DNA of 51,446 nucleotides, taken from assembly GCF_004010195.1 (NCBI RefSeq), contig NW_025215147.1:9612-61057 (forward strand). The letters are read 5' to 3'. Positions 22,701 through 35,502 of the stretch are shown piece by piece. The notes below the pieces were generated by a model that was given only the letters and a program-made list of their open reading frames with translations, searched no databases and was not told the origin of the DNA. Each line of letters opens with the position of its first letter. Positions within the stretch are counted from its first letter, which is position 1. Position numbers and translations under genes: made by a program. Origin of the DNA: Chiloscyllium plagiosum. Lineage: Eukaryota.

Positions 22701-23489
22701 TTGTTCAGCATCAGCAACACTTTACCAGCCTGATGTAAAGTTCCCACCCAGGTTAGAGCACTCTCAGCTGTCTGGGGGAATGCATAGTATTGTTGAAAAA
22801 TCGTCGTCCTTCTCTGTAAATGTTGTCACAAGCTCTCAGATGTTAGGAAGGAGGTCTCTGCAGGGTCGACAGGACTGTGTTTCCCATTCCCTTTTCCAAT
22901 ACTGAGATTGGTGCCGGTGTTCTGTCTGGGTTTATCCTTTAAGACCTCGGAGCACTTTGATACAATTCAGTGCCTTGCTTGGCTGTTTAAGAGACCATTG
23001 AAGAGTTGATCACATGTCTGTGTGTCTAGATTCACTTTTAGACCAGACCAGAAAACACAGGAGATTCACTTCCTGAAATGACATTGGGGAAGCAAATTGG
23101 TGTTTACAATCGACATTGGCTTCAGGTCAGTATTACTGACACCAGTCCCGACATTTTATTAATAGTTTTTAACTTTCACCAGCTGTCAGAGCATGAGAAT
23201 GGTCTGGATTAGTAATGCAGTGACATTTCCACAACAGCACCATCTCCACATGGGGACACCAGTCCCGACATTTTATTAATAGTTTTTAACTTTCACCAGC
23301 TGTCAGACCATGAGAATGGTCTGGAATAGTAATGCAGTGACATTTCCACAACAGCACCATCTCCACATGGGGACCTATCAGGAACCACACTGAGCTGGTT
23401 ATTTCTGTGTGCTGATTGACAGCTCAGTCAAAAAGCACTCCTACCAATTTGACTGTCGTGATGGAACTGAGGGGGTGATATTGGTCATA
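19733..23489. repeat. Direct duplication of about 1.7 kb (19733-21435 and 21664-23489) flanking an N-gap
   Basis: Near-identical text on both sides of the gap. The second copy has an extra internal ~116-bp tandem duplication (23141-23372). Confidence 0.9.
19790..20560. repeat. Degenerate 42-bp tandem repeat (ggctcgaggggctgaatggcctcctcctgttcctgtgtaaca-like)
   Basis: ctgaat/ctgagt anchors at 20306, 20390, 20432 and 20474 give a period of 42. Repeated in the duplicate at 21720-22500; related arrays at about 42050-42260 and 43950-44110. Confidence 0.7.
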
Positions 23490-24629
23490 CTGTAATTATT
23501 CTCCTCTTAATGGGCTTGTCATAGTAATTTTCCACATTGCAAATAGATAACAGAGTTGGAACTGGAATGAAACAGCTTCTCGAGGGACATGGTTTGTTGT
23601 ACATTGCTTTGTCGAATCTACTCTGTTCAGATGTTTCTTCATGTCACAGAGAGCGAATCAGATTGTTTGAAAACTGTCATCTGTGATTCTGTGAGCATCC
23701 TGATGAGGTGAAATTGATCACCGACTCAACACTTCTTGCTGAGTATGGTGTTAATACCACATCATTGTCTTTTCCACTGATGTGGACGGCTGTTCCATTA
23801 TTTAGGATGAGGACATGTGTATGACACTGAAGTGAGTTGTTTTATCCATTTATGACCTGATGTGGCAGGACTGCATAGCTTCGGTCTGATCTGTTAGTTT
23901 TGGGATCATTGCGCCCTCTCTATCAGATGTTAGTTCTGCAGTTTGTAATGTAACCAGTAAAGTGCGGTAGTTTTATGGTTTGGCATCAGTTTTAGGGGTA
24001 CACATGGTTGTGACCCTGGCATGTTTACCCACACTCGTCACTGAACCTTGGATCAGCTTACTGATAATGGTAGACTGAGGGATTATCCCGTGCAAGAAGT
24101 TACAGATTATAGTTAAATATAATTCTGCTTCTGTTGTTACTGTGGTTTACAGCACCACATGGAATACGCGGTTTGAGCTGCAATATCTCCAATGCAGTTC
24201 AGCTGCCTGTCCCCCAGTTCACACCGAGACCCATTCACACATCAGCCCTCTACTCAGTGACCTACTCTGGTTTCTGATGTGGAAATACTTCCATTTTTAT
24301 ATTCTCATTCGGCTGAGGGTCTCTCCATGGTGTCACACTTCCTATTTGTCTCTTTCCCCAACACCCTTTAACATATTCATCTGAATCCTTTCCCTTCCAA
24401 CATGTGCTACATTCAGTGTTTAGAGTGAAAGCATCCCTCCCTCTGTTTCTCTCCCTGACTAAGAGTAAGAGCTCTGTGTGTCAGTGATGCCAGCTTTACG
24501 TCAATTCAGAACCAAAGAATTTGTGCATCTTGTCTTGTCTTTCACTTCCCAGTATATAGCGCTCCAGGTTGGACAGGAGGTTTTAGCAACGTTGACGTAT
24601 GTCTTTGAAACGTGTTGAAAAACAGAAAT

Positions 24630-26100
24630 TGCTGGAGAAGTTAAACACGTCTGGCAGTATCAGCGGAGTGAAAGTAGAATAATCATTTGGGTCCAGTCAT
24701 CATTCTTCAAGGCTCAGTTTCTTTTTTTGTTCTGGTTTCAGATTTCCGGTATCCTCGGTTATTTGTTTAATTGAAAATGTGTTTTGTTCATTTCTGGAGA
24801 AACATGGCAGATTTCGCAACATCTGCAGAGACAGAAAAACAGAGTTCCCGTTTCAAGTCCATTGTGACATTTCTTCAGAACACAAAAGGATTGGAAAATG
24901 AGCTTTCAATACCTTGACAGAGGTAGAGGTGGGGTGACAGGAAACAGACAGTGTGGAGGCGCAATGCCAATGACAAATAGACTTTTGGTTGTCGTAAAAG
25001 AGAATCAAATGTAAAATGAATAAAAATTAGATTGTGAAGGGAGGACATGGGTTCCTGAATTGAGTTCAAGATAAACGATTCACAAGCAGGGCAAGTCCAT
25101 TGGGAGAGCAGGAATGCATGAAGATTGGAGAACATCGATAATGGGATCAGGCTGTTGAAGTATTGAATTGTATATTAACTCCTTCAGGCTGTAACGTACT
25201 AAAATGCAAAGTGAGGTGTTACTCGTGATTGGGTTGTACTTCATTGGAACATTGCAGCAGCCCAGGACCAAAATATTAGCATGAGACCAACGTAGGTTAC
25301 TGAAATGGGAAACAATGAGAGGGTCAGGGCTCTTCCTGCAGACAGAATGGGAGTGTTCCTCAATGCCGTCTCTGTTTGGTCTCCCCAATGTAAAGGAGAT
25401 TGCATTGTGAGCAGCAATGAAAAGAGATTGGATTGAAAGAGTACAAGTGAAATGCTGCTTCATCAGGAATATGTGTGTTGCGTTGTTAAGAAATGAGGAA
25501 TGAGTCAGCGATCTTTTCAAATGTCCAAATTTATTTGTTCTTACACGTAGACTACATAGTTCCACAACTTGGAGAGAGTAAGTGCTACAGGTGCGAGAGG
25601 CCAGAGTTAATAACCTTGGAGCTGGATAAACACAGCAGACCAGACAGAATCAGATGAGCATCAAAGGCAATATTTAGATCTTGGACCTTTCATCAGGACT
25701 GACGAGAGGGAGGGAAGCCCAGAAATGGAGTGATAGAATATGGAAGGGCGAAGGGTAGGTATGATGGTGATAGGTACATGCAGGTATGAGGTTACTGTGA
25801 TTGGTCAGTGGGCAGGCTGGAGCGGATAGGTGAGTGAGAAGATGGGCAGGTGGATCTGGTCAGGGAGAAGGGACATGGGATAAGGCTGCAGATGGAAGGA
25901 CTTTTAGCTGCTGCAGTCAAAATTGAGGCCATTGAGCTATCAACTCCAAAGGTAATTTCTCAAGTGGTGTTCCACTGACAGTGGACAGGCTAAGAACGGG
26001 CATGTCGCCGGACGAGTTGGAGGGGGAATTAAAATGGATGGTAAATGGAAATTCGGGTTGGTTCTTGTGTGCACAGCACTGATGCTGTTTCAGCAGTGCC
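24630..26100 (-). mobile_element. Penelope-like element fragments (two, degenerate)
   Basis: Antisense of the GIY-YIG 3' region (tctgtttggtctccccaatgtaaaggag; gtgaaatgctgcttcat) and Penelope-type termini (aaattgctggagaag...tctggcag). Confidence 0.65.
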
Positions 26101-26286
26101 TGATCCTGCCCCCAGTACTTTCAAGTCTGCTGCTCGCAATGGCATTGAAAATTTAACTCTTGTTATGTTGTAGCTTAATCGCACCATGACCAATATACAT
26201 CACAACTTCCTTGTTCTTATACTCCACACGTCTAATCATAAACCCAAGGATCCATTAAGTCTTTCTACACAACAGTTTCAACTTGT

Positions 26287-26500
26287 CTGACCATTTATAA
26301 CTTTCTGTCTTCTGTGTGTCTCTCTCCTTAAATGGGGTGATTACAGTTACCAGTCCTCCCTCACTCCAAAGTTTCTTGAAAGATCACCAACGCCTGACCA
26401 TTTATAACTTTCTGTCTTCTGTGTGTCTCTCTCCTTAAATGGGGTGATTACAGTTAACAGTCCTCCCTCACTCCAAAGTTTCTTGAAAGATCACCAACAA
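26287..26500. repeat. 106-bp tandem duplication
   Basis: ctgaccatttataactttctgtc...aagatcaccaac occurs twice, almost identically. Confidence 0.95.
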
Positions 26501-27150
26501 TGCCTCCACAATCACCTTCGATATCTCTTTTGAACTACGAGGTGTAGTCCAAGTAGTCTTGGTGATTGATCCAACTTCACCTTCCCCAGCACCTTGTCCT
26601 TACAGGTGGTCACTATACTCACCTCTATCCCTTGACTCTCTTGAAGTTCTGGCATTTTGCTGGTATCTTCCACCGTGAAGACTGATGCAAAGTACCTATT
26701 CAATTCCCTTTGCTTCCCATAACTATTCAACCCTCATTTTCCAACAGTCCTTTATTTGTTCTTTACTCTGTCTTCTCCTTGTTATATACATAAAAATCTC
26801 TTGCAATATTCTTTTACATGATTAACAATCGTAATATTATATATCACCCGCTCCTCCCACTTGCTGTTATTAGCTGAGCGTGCTGGAATTTGTAGGCTTC
26901 GTAATCCTTTGGATTCCCAATAATCTTCACCACATTGTGTGCATTTTCTTCTGTTTTTATGCTGTCCCTGAGTTCGTCTTCCGCTGAATATCGTTCTTCT
27001 TACTTGGGATGAATTTCTGATGTGCTGCTGAAGTACCTCCAGAAACCCCTGTCTTGCTGCTTCACAATCTTCCCGTGCTCAGCTCCCCTTCCAACTAACT
27101 CTGGCTAACTCCTCCCTCATATCTTTTAGTTACATTACTCAATTATAAGA
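26500..27150 (-). mobile_element. CR1 LINE ORF2 tether-region fragment
   Basis: ELNRYFASVFTVED motif in ORF 26512..26730. Confidence 0.75.
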
Positions 27151-27248
27151 CATTTCATCCAAAAGTGAGCAATAGATATAAACTGAAGGAGGGATGTTTG
27201 AGACATGGGACACGAAGAACGAGTGGAGGATTTATTAACTAGATCAAA

Positions 27249-27273
27249 AGAGAGAGAGAGAGAGAGAGAGAGA
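27249..27273. repeat. (AG)n microsatellite
   Basis: Seen directly. Confidence 0.95.
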
Positions 27274-27939
27274 ATATAGACGTGGAGATGTAAAAATAGA
27301 GAAGTCTACATGATTGATAGAAGAAGATGCACTTTTGTATTTGGTTTGGCAATTCCTGTGTGTTGTGGTCTTTTGTACAGTGTATGTGCAACAGATTAAT
27401 ATGTTGAAATGTTTGGTCTGATGCCAGAACATTTATCTCCATCAATATGACAGGCAATAGTTGTTTACAGAACCCAACAGGCCAATGTATATGTTTCCCG
27501 GTAGAAAATGGATTAACTGAAATAAATTGGAAAACCAGAAGCAGGAATGTATAACAAACATTCTGATAAGAATTAGAGATTAGGTCTGGGAATACAAGGA
27601 AGGGGCAGGAGGCAGAGGGGACGTTGAGCTGAAGATTAAATAACATATTAATGTTTTATAATTTTGTACATCGCATGCATCATTTTTGTTAACTATGTCT
27701 CTCTTGTTCATTCTGAATATGTTGCACACATAAGAACTTCTTCCGAATATATTCCGTTTCTTTCTCTGCATTTTATTTTATTCTGTCTGTCAAGAAGACA
27801 TTGGGAATTGGAGGTATATCACTTTACTCCTCATCAGTCTCCATAGTCACTGTCTTCTATTTCTTTCTGTTTCTTCGCCCATGAAAAATACATACTGTGT
27901 CTGACCCTTGAATCCCAATCAACAGGTCATTTTTTTTTA

Positions 27940-28085
27940 AGATTCCCTACAGTATGGAAACAGGCGCTTTTGCCCAACAAGTCCACACCGACCCTCCGAA
28001 GAGTAACCCACCCAGACCCATTCCCCTACCATATATTCCCCAAACACGAGGAGAAGGTGCAAATGCCACACCGACAGTTGCCCAA
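27940..28085 (-). mobile_element. Internally deleted HE1-type SINE
   Basis: gattccctacagtatggaaacaggc...cccaacaagtccacaccgaccctccgaagagtaaccc tail. Confidence 0.8.
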
Positions 28086-28372
28086 AGCTGTTCAGTAAAC
28101 AGAACATTCACTTTTGGGCTAAGTCTGCAACAAATCGAAAAAGGAAAAGGCATACAAACTGTGCAATAAGATGTTTGCACCTTTACAAACATATTATTGA
28201 ATTACATTGTGTTAACGATACTTAACTGATAAGAGGTATGACAGTAAAATCCAGCTAAATCCATATTTTTAGTGTATGTTCAGGTCATTTATGCCCGGAG
28301 GTAGTTTTTATATTGGAAGTTGTTGTGGTGAAGGAGACTTCAGTGTGGTAAAAGCATCTCGATTGTCTCTGT

Positions 28373-28436
28373 GTACTGATGATTATTCAGGCAGGTTACT
28401 ATCCTATCCTCGCTATTGTTCGTGTTCCTGATGAGT
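28373..28436 (+). pseudogene. Orphan first exon resembling shark GPR139-like GPCR genes
   Basis: VLMIIQAGYYPILAIVRVP followed by g|atgagt (a mutated gtgagt donor). Resembles the YYPxLAxxGVP|VN exon-1 end of that family as I recall it. No exon 2 found. Confidence 0.35.
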
Positions 28437-29099
28437 TTATCTTTGCCGATTTACTAATCCTCTAACCCGTTGTCAATGTCATCGTTTTCTCTGCTATGTA
28501 TATTTGGCAAAGATCCAAAATATTTTCTTCGCTTTCAATCACAAACTCCATTTCTATTCCATGAATTTCATATCCTTTGCTTACAAACATCTGAGGAGAA
28601 ACAGAAGTGTTCATAACCACGATTATCCCATTTTGTCCTGAGCTGATTTATATCTGAATACTCCGTACACCACAAAACCTGTCCACTCCCACGTTCACAA
28701 TATCCCCAGTCTTCGGTTCTGCCTCAACGCTGTTTCTGAATAAACCATCATCCACACCTTTGCAGTTAAAATTCTCTGCTGGCAACTCTTTTCGTTACAC
28801 ATATTTTGATCAAAACGTTTTCTTACCTCGACCTGGACCTACGCCAGTGTGAGGTCAGTTGGATTCTAAAATGAGATGTTCACAGCTTTGTGTCAACTGT
28901 TTCAGCATAACTTGTAACCTCGCACGAGGAGAGGACTATGCTGTCAGTGATCAGGAAGTTACAGTTTCATTGAACTGTTTTGAATCTAGAACTTTCTGAG
29001 CAGGGTGTCACGTCCATCATCTTCCAATTGCAGTGCTCTGATGTATTCACACAGTGACGGAACCCATCTCTGCCTCCTGCTGAGATAATACCTTTGCAC

Positions 29100-29855
29100 T
29101 GTCTCCACAATGGAAGGAACCGAAAATCTTCCAGAAAACCTATGGGACAGACTGACTGGTGAAAATAAGAAACTGTGCTGAATTAGATTTAATAAAGAGA
29201 ACTTACTAAAAAAAAACTAATTAAATTGAAGGTTGGCAAGTTACTGCACGAAATGAGCTCCATCCCAGTGTTTTCAGGGAAGTGACATTACAGCTAGTGA
29301 AAGAGTTATAGAGTCATACAGGAGAGAAACAGACGCTTCGCTCCAACCAGTCCATGCTGACTATTCCAATTCCAAACTAACTTAGTCCCACCTGCCCGCG
29401 CTTGGCCCATATCCCTTCAAACCTTTCCTATTCATGTACTTATCCAAATGTCTTTTAAATGTTGTAAGGACAAGAAAATAATATTGATTATCCTTCAAAA
29501 TTCTATAGACTCTGGAAATTCTGGTTCCTGCAGTCTGGAAAGTAGCTATTGTAATCCTAAATATTTAAAACCGGAGTGGGAGGGGAAACAAAAAAAATTA
29601 AACGGGTACGTTGATGTCACGCCTGAGAAAATATCAGAACCTACTGTGAGAAATTTTATAACTCGACACTTGGGAAATTATGATGTGACTTGGCCGAGTC
29701 AGCTTAGATTTCGAAACCGGAAATCATCGTTGAGAAACTTGTGGAGTTTGTGTTAGTTGATGCATCCACAAAGGAGAACCTGTGAGAGTGGTGTATTTGA
29801 ACTTGCAGTATGTTTTTTTTACATCGTTCCCAACAAGTGAACGAAGGAAGTTAGA
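29100..29855 (+). mobile_element. Degenerate CR1 RT N-terminal region with a nested minus-strand CR1 3' tail (about 29305-29465)
   Basis: ILQNSIDSG...SQLRFRNRKSSLRNL...VVYLNLQ motifs. Confidence 0.65.
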
Positions 29856-29857
29856 GG

Positions 29858-31335
29858 ACATAGAACATAGAACATAGAACATAAAACAATACAGCACAGA
29901 ACAGGCCCTTCGGCCCACGATGTTGTGCCGAACATTTGTCCTAGCTTAAGCACCCATCCATTGTACCTATCCAATTGCTGCTTAAAGGTCACCAATGATT
30001 CTGACTCTACCACTCCCACAGGCAGCGCATTCCATGCCCCCACCACTCTCTGGGTAAAGAACCCACACCTGACATCTCCCCTATACCTTCCACCCTTCCC
30101 CTTAAATTTATGTCTCCTTGTAACACTCTGTTGTACCGGGGAAAAAGTTTCTGACTGTCTACTCTATCTGTTCCTCTGATCATCTTATAAACCTCTATCA
30201 AGTCACCCCTCATCCTTCGCCGTTCCAACGAAAAAAGGCCTAGCACTCTCAACCTATCCTCGTACGACCTATTCTCCATTCCAGGCAACATCCTGGTAAA
30301 TCTTCTCTGCACCCTCTCCAAAGCTTCCACATCTTTCCTAAAGTGAGGCGACCAGAACTGCACACAGTACTCTAAATGTGGCCTAACCAAGGTCCTGTAC
30401 AGCTGCAACATCACCTCACGAACCTTGAATTCAATCCCTCTCCAAATGAACGCTAATACACCATAGGCCTTCCTACAAGCTCTATCCACCTGAGTGGCAA
30501 CTTTCAAAGATCTATGAACATAGACCCCAAGATCCCTCTGTTCTTCCACCTTACGAAGAACTCTACCGTTAACCCTGTATTCCACATTCTTATTTGTCTT
30601 TCCAAAATGGACAACGTCACACTTGGCAGGGTTGAACTCCATCTGCCACTCCTCAGCCCAGCTCTGCATCATATCCAAGTCCCTTTGCAGCCGACAACAG
30701 CCCTCCTCACTATCCTCAACGCCACCAATCTTCGTATCATCTGCAAATTTACTGACCCATCCTTCGACTCCCTCATCCAAGTCATTAATAAACATTACAA
30801 ACAGCAGAGGACCCAGAACTGATCCCTGCAGAACTCCACTTGTAACTGGGCTCCAGGCTGAATATTTACCATCTACCACTACTCTCTGACTTCGATCGGT
30901 TAGCCAGTTTTCTATCCAATAGGCCAAATTTCCCTCTATCCCATGCCTCCTGACTTTCCACATAAGCCGACCATGGGAACCTTATCAAATGCCTTATTAA
31001 AATCCATGAAACTACATCCACTGCTCTACTCTCACCCACATGCTTGGTCACCTCCTCAAAGAGTTCAATAAGATTAGTAAGGCAAGACCTACCCTTCAGA
31101 AATCCGTGCTGGCCTTCCCTAATCAAGCAGTGTCTTTCCAGACACTCATAAATCCTATCCCTCAGTCCGCTTTCCATTACTTTGCCTACCACAGAAGTAA
31201 GACTAACTGGCCTGTAATTCTCGGGGTTATCCCTATTCCCTTTTTTGAACAGGGGCACAACATTCGCCACTCTCCAGTCCCCTGGTACCACCCCCGTTGA
31301 TAGTGAAGACGAAAAGATCATTGCCAACGGTAATT
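29858..31335 (-). mobile_element. Young 5'-truncated CR1 LINE (ORF2 reverse transcriptase to 3' tail)
   Basis: ORFs 30866..31399 (VPGDWRVANVVPLFKKG...YRPVSLTS...QHGF...SCLTNL) and 30007..30963 (GVLQGSVLGPLLF...FADDTK...RPHLEYCVQFWSP), with a (catagaa)n tail at 29859-29885. Confidence 0.97.
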
Positions 31336-34300
31336 GATAAGGTGTGGCCGGGGGCAGCTGGATATACCACATGGATTGAGAATTGGTCAGTGGAAGCAAT
31401 ACTGAACTTCTTGTACTGTTATGGACCGCAGGTGGTTACTCATGGGATATCACATGTTTCAGAGTTTGAACCACAACAATTTGCAAGGCATAGAAATGAT
31501 TTGGATGTGAGAAATAAACAGCATGCATCTCATTTTGTATTGTTTAAATGGTACAAGGTTGAGAAAGGTTGTTTTTCAAAGGGACCTGAATGTCCTTGAT
31601 CATGAGTCACCAAAAATAACATATCCAAGGGTGTTAAGTATTGAGCATCTTGTATGGTATGTTGCCCAACATTGTAATATGATTCAAGTGCATAAGTAAA
31701 GCCGTCTTCCTGTGTTTGTCGGGCCATTATGAGAGAGTATTTGGGGCACTGTGAACAGGTATGATCTCCTTTGTAAGGCATGATCTCATTTGCACAGGCA
31801 CAGCTCCAACAAGTAACAACAGTCTAATCCATGAGATGATGACACCATGAGGAGACAGTAATGGAACTGAGTATTTAACCTGTAGTGCTATGAGACAAGG
31901 AGGGATAATTACGCTGAAACATGAGGGTTAGCGACGATCAAATATTTGTAAAAGAGACACTGTTTGGGTGAGAAATAATGAACTTATTAGATTTATTGTC
32001 ACGTGTGCCAAAGTCCAGTGAAAGCATTATTTGCGAGCAGTACAGGCAGATGACAGTAAGTAAAGACACACAGATCATAGGCTGAAAAATAAACTTAGAC
32101 AGAATGAGGCGTGCAGGTTACAATGCGCAGAACATTCAAAAAACACGATCAACATGAATAAGATCAGCATTAATTGGAGTTACAGAGCCCATTCATCAGT
32201 CTAATATAGTATTCCTAATACATTATAAGCCACAATGATCCCTTCCTACATTAAAGTGCCGTCGGAATGAGGTTCTACAAGAAGAACTTAGGGAGTTCGG
32301 AACCAATTTAAAAAAAAGTAGTACTTCAGAGGCAGTAATCACAGGATAGCTACCAGTGGCAAGTGCTATTTAGAGTAGGAAGGATCGAATAATCAGGAAG
32401 AATGCTTGGCTTGGGAGATCGTGCAGGAGGGAGGGATTCAGATGTTTGGGACATTGGGTCCAGTTCTGGGGGCGGTGGGACTATTACAAATTGAAGGGTC
32501 TGCATCTGGGTAGGACGAGAGCCAATGTCCTCGGGTGTGCTTTTGTGAACACTGTTGTGGAAGGTTTAAACTAATGTGGCAGAGGATCGGGAAACAAATG
32601 AGGAGGTTGGTCAACAGAAAGGAGGTAGTAACTAAAGCCTAAGGAACCACATAATGAAATCAGCATGGCTGAGTGGAAGAGGAAGCAGGAAGCGGAAAAT
32701 GGACACAGGGGGACTGGTAGTTTTAATGCACGAAGTATACCAGGTAAGGCAGATGAACTTACAGTTTGGAATAGTACCTGGGAATTTAATGTTATTGCTA
32801 TGACTGAGACTTGGTTGAGGGAAGGTCCTGATTAGCATTTAAATATCCCAGGAAATTAATGCTTCAGGCGGGGTAGAGAGGAAGGTAATGGGGGTGGAGG
32901 GAGAAGAATTACTTTTCAAAGAAGATATCACAGCTGTGTTGAAAGAGGGCACGATGAAAGATTCGAGCAGTGAGGCAAAATGGGCAGAGCTCAGAAATAG
33001 AAAGGGTGCAGTAACAATGCTGGGATTGTATTACAGGCCTCCCAACACCGAGCATGAGATAGAGGTATGAATATGTAGATAGATCACAGAAAGATGTAGG
33101 AGCAACAGAATGGTAGTGATAGGAGATTTTAATTTTCCCAACATTGAAATGGATTCACTTAGTTTTAGAGGTCTATATGGAGCAGAATTTGTAAGGACTG
33201 TCCAGGAGGGTTTTCTAAAGCAGCATAGAAATAGTTAAACTCGGGAAGTGGCCATGCGAGACCTGATGATGGGAAATGAGCCTGCCCAGGCGGTTGAAGT
33301 TTCAGTACGGGATTACTTTGGGAATAATGATCACCAGTACCCTTTCCATTACTTTGCCTACCACAGAAGTAAGACTAACTGGCCTGTAATTCCCGGGGTT
33401 ATCCCTATTCCCTTTTTTGAACAGGGGCACAACATTCGCCACTCTCCAGTCCCCTGGTACCACCCCCGTTGATAGTGAGGACGAAAAGATCATTGCCAAC
33501 GGTAATTTATAATGTGTGGACGGGGGCAGCTGGATATATCACATGGATTGAAAATTGGTCAGTGGAAGCAATACTGAACTTCTTGTACTGTTATGGACCG
33601 AAGGTAGTTACTCATGGGAAATCACATGTTTCAGAGTTTGAACCACAACAATTTGCAAGGCATAGAAATGATTTGGATGTGAGAAATAAACAGCATGCAT
33701 CTCATTTTGTATTGTTTAAATGGTACAAGGTTGAGAAGTGTTGTTTTTCAAAAGGACCTGAATGTCCTTGATCATGACTCACCAAAAATATCCAAGGGTG
33801 TTAAGTATTGAGCATCTTGTATGGTATGTTGCCCTTCATTGAAATATGATTCAAGTGCATAAGTAAAGGCGTCTTCCTGTATTAGTCGGGCCATTATGAG
33901 ATAGTATTTGGGGCACTGTGAACAGGTATGATCTCCTTTGTAAGGCATGATCTCATTTGCACAGGCACAGCTCCAACAAGTAACAACAGTCTAATCCATG
34001 AGATGATGACACCATGAGGAGACAGTAATGGAACTGAGTATTTAACCTGTAGTGCTATGAGACAAGGAGGGATAATTACGCTGAAACATGAGGGTTAGCG
34101 ACGATCAAATATTTGTAAAAGAGACACTGTTTGGGTGAGAAATAATGAACTTATTAGATTTATTGTCACATGTGCCAAAGTCCAGTGAAAGCTTTATTTG
34201 CGAGCAGTCTAGGCAGATGACAGTAAGTAAAGACACACAGATCATAGGCTGAAAAATAAACTTCGACAGAGTAAGTGGTGCAGGTTACAATGCGCAGGAC

Positions 34301-35502
34301 ATTCAAAAAACACGATCAACATGAATAAGATCAGCATTAATTGGAGTTACAGAGCCCATTCATCAGTCTAATATAGTATTGCGAATACATTATAAGCCAC
34401 AATGATCTCTTCCTACTTTAAAGTGCCGTCGGAATGAGGTTCTACAAGAAGAACTTAGGGAGTTCGGAACCAAGTTAAAGAAAAGTAGTACTTCAGAGGT
34501 AGTAATCACAGGATAGCTACCAGTGGCAAGTGCTATTTAGAGTAGGAAGGATCGAATAATCAGGAAGAATGCTTGGCCTGGTAGATCGTGCAGGAGGGAG
34601 GGATTCAGATGTTTGGGACATTGGGTCCAGTTCTGGGGGAGGTGGGACTATTACAAATTGAATGGTCTGCATCTGGGTAGGACTAGAGCCAATGTTCTCG
34701 GGTGTGCTTTTGTTAACACTGTTGTGGAAGGTTTAAACTAAGGTGGCAGAGGATCGGGAAACAAATGAGGAGGTTGGTCAACAGAACGGAGGTAGTAACT
34801 AAAGCCTAAGGAACCACATAATGAAATCAGCATGGCTGAGTGGAAGAGGAAGCAGGAAGCGGAAAATGGACACAGGGGGACTGGTAGTTTTAATGCACGA
34901 AGTATAGCAGGTAAGGCAGATGAACTTAGGGTTTGGAATAGTACCTGGGAATTTAATGTTATTGCTATGACTGAGACTTGGTTGAGGGAAGGTCCTGATT
35001 AGCATTTAAATATCCCAGGAAATTAATGCTTCAGGCGGGGTAGAGAGGAAGGTAATGGGGGTGGAGGGAGAAGAATTACTTTTCAAAGAAGATATCACAG
35101 CTGTGCTGAAAGAGGGCACGATGAAAGATTCGAGCAGTGAGGCAAAATGGGCAGAGCTCAGAAATAGAAAGGGTGCAGTAACAATGCTGGGATTGTATTA
35201 CAGGCCTCCCAACACCGAGCATGAGATAGAGGTATGAATATGTAGATAGATCACAGAAAGATGTAGGAGCAACAGGATGGTGGTGATAGGAGATTTTAAT
35301 TTTCCCAACATTGAAATGGATTCACTTAGTTTTAGAGGTCTATATGGAGCAGAATTTGTAAGGACTGTCCAGGAGGGTTTTCTAAAGCAGCATAGAAATA
35401 GTTAAACTCGGGAAGTGGCCATGCGAGACCTGATGATGGGAAATGAGCCTGCCCAGGCGGTTGAAGTTTCAGTACGGGATTACTTTGGGAATAATGATCA
35501 CA
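31164..35502. repeat. Tandem duplication of about 2.17 kb (31164-33335 and 33336-35502)
   Basis: ORF pairs offset by 2167-2172 bp (31297/33469, 32632/34799, 32888/35055), with no N-gap between the copies. Confidence 0.95.
32230..33335 (+). mobile_element. CR1 LINE 5' part: ORF1 SGNH esterase and ORF2 APE endonuclease (copy 1)
   Basis: NAWLGRSCRREGFRCLGHWVQFWGRWDYYKLKGLHL (esterase); FNARSI, IAMTETWL, YYRPP, GDFNFP and NNDH (endonuclease). Confidence 0.9.
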
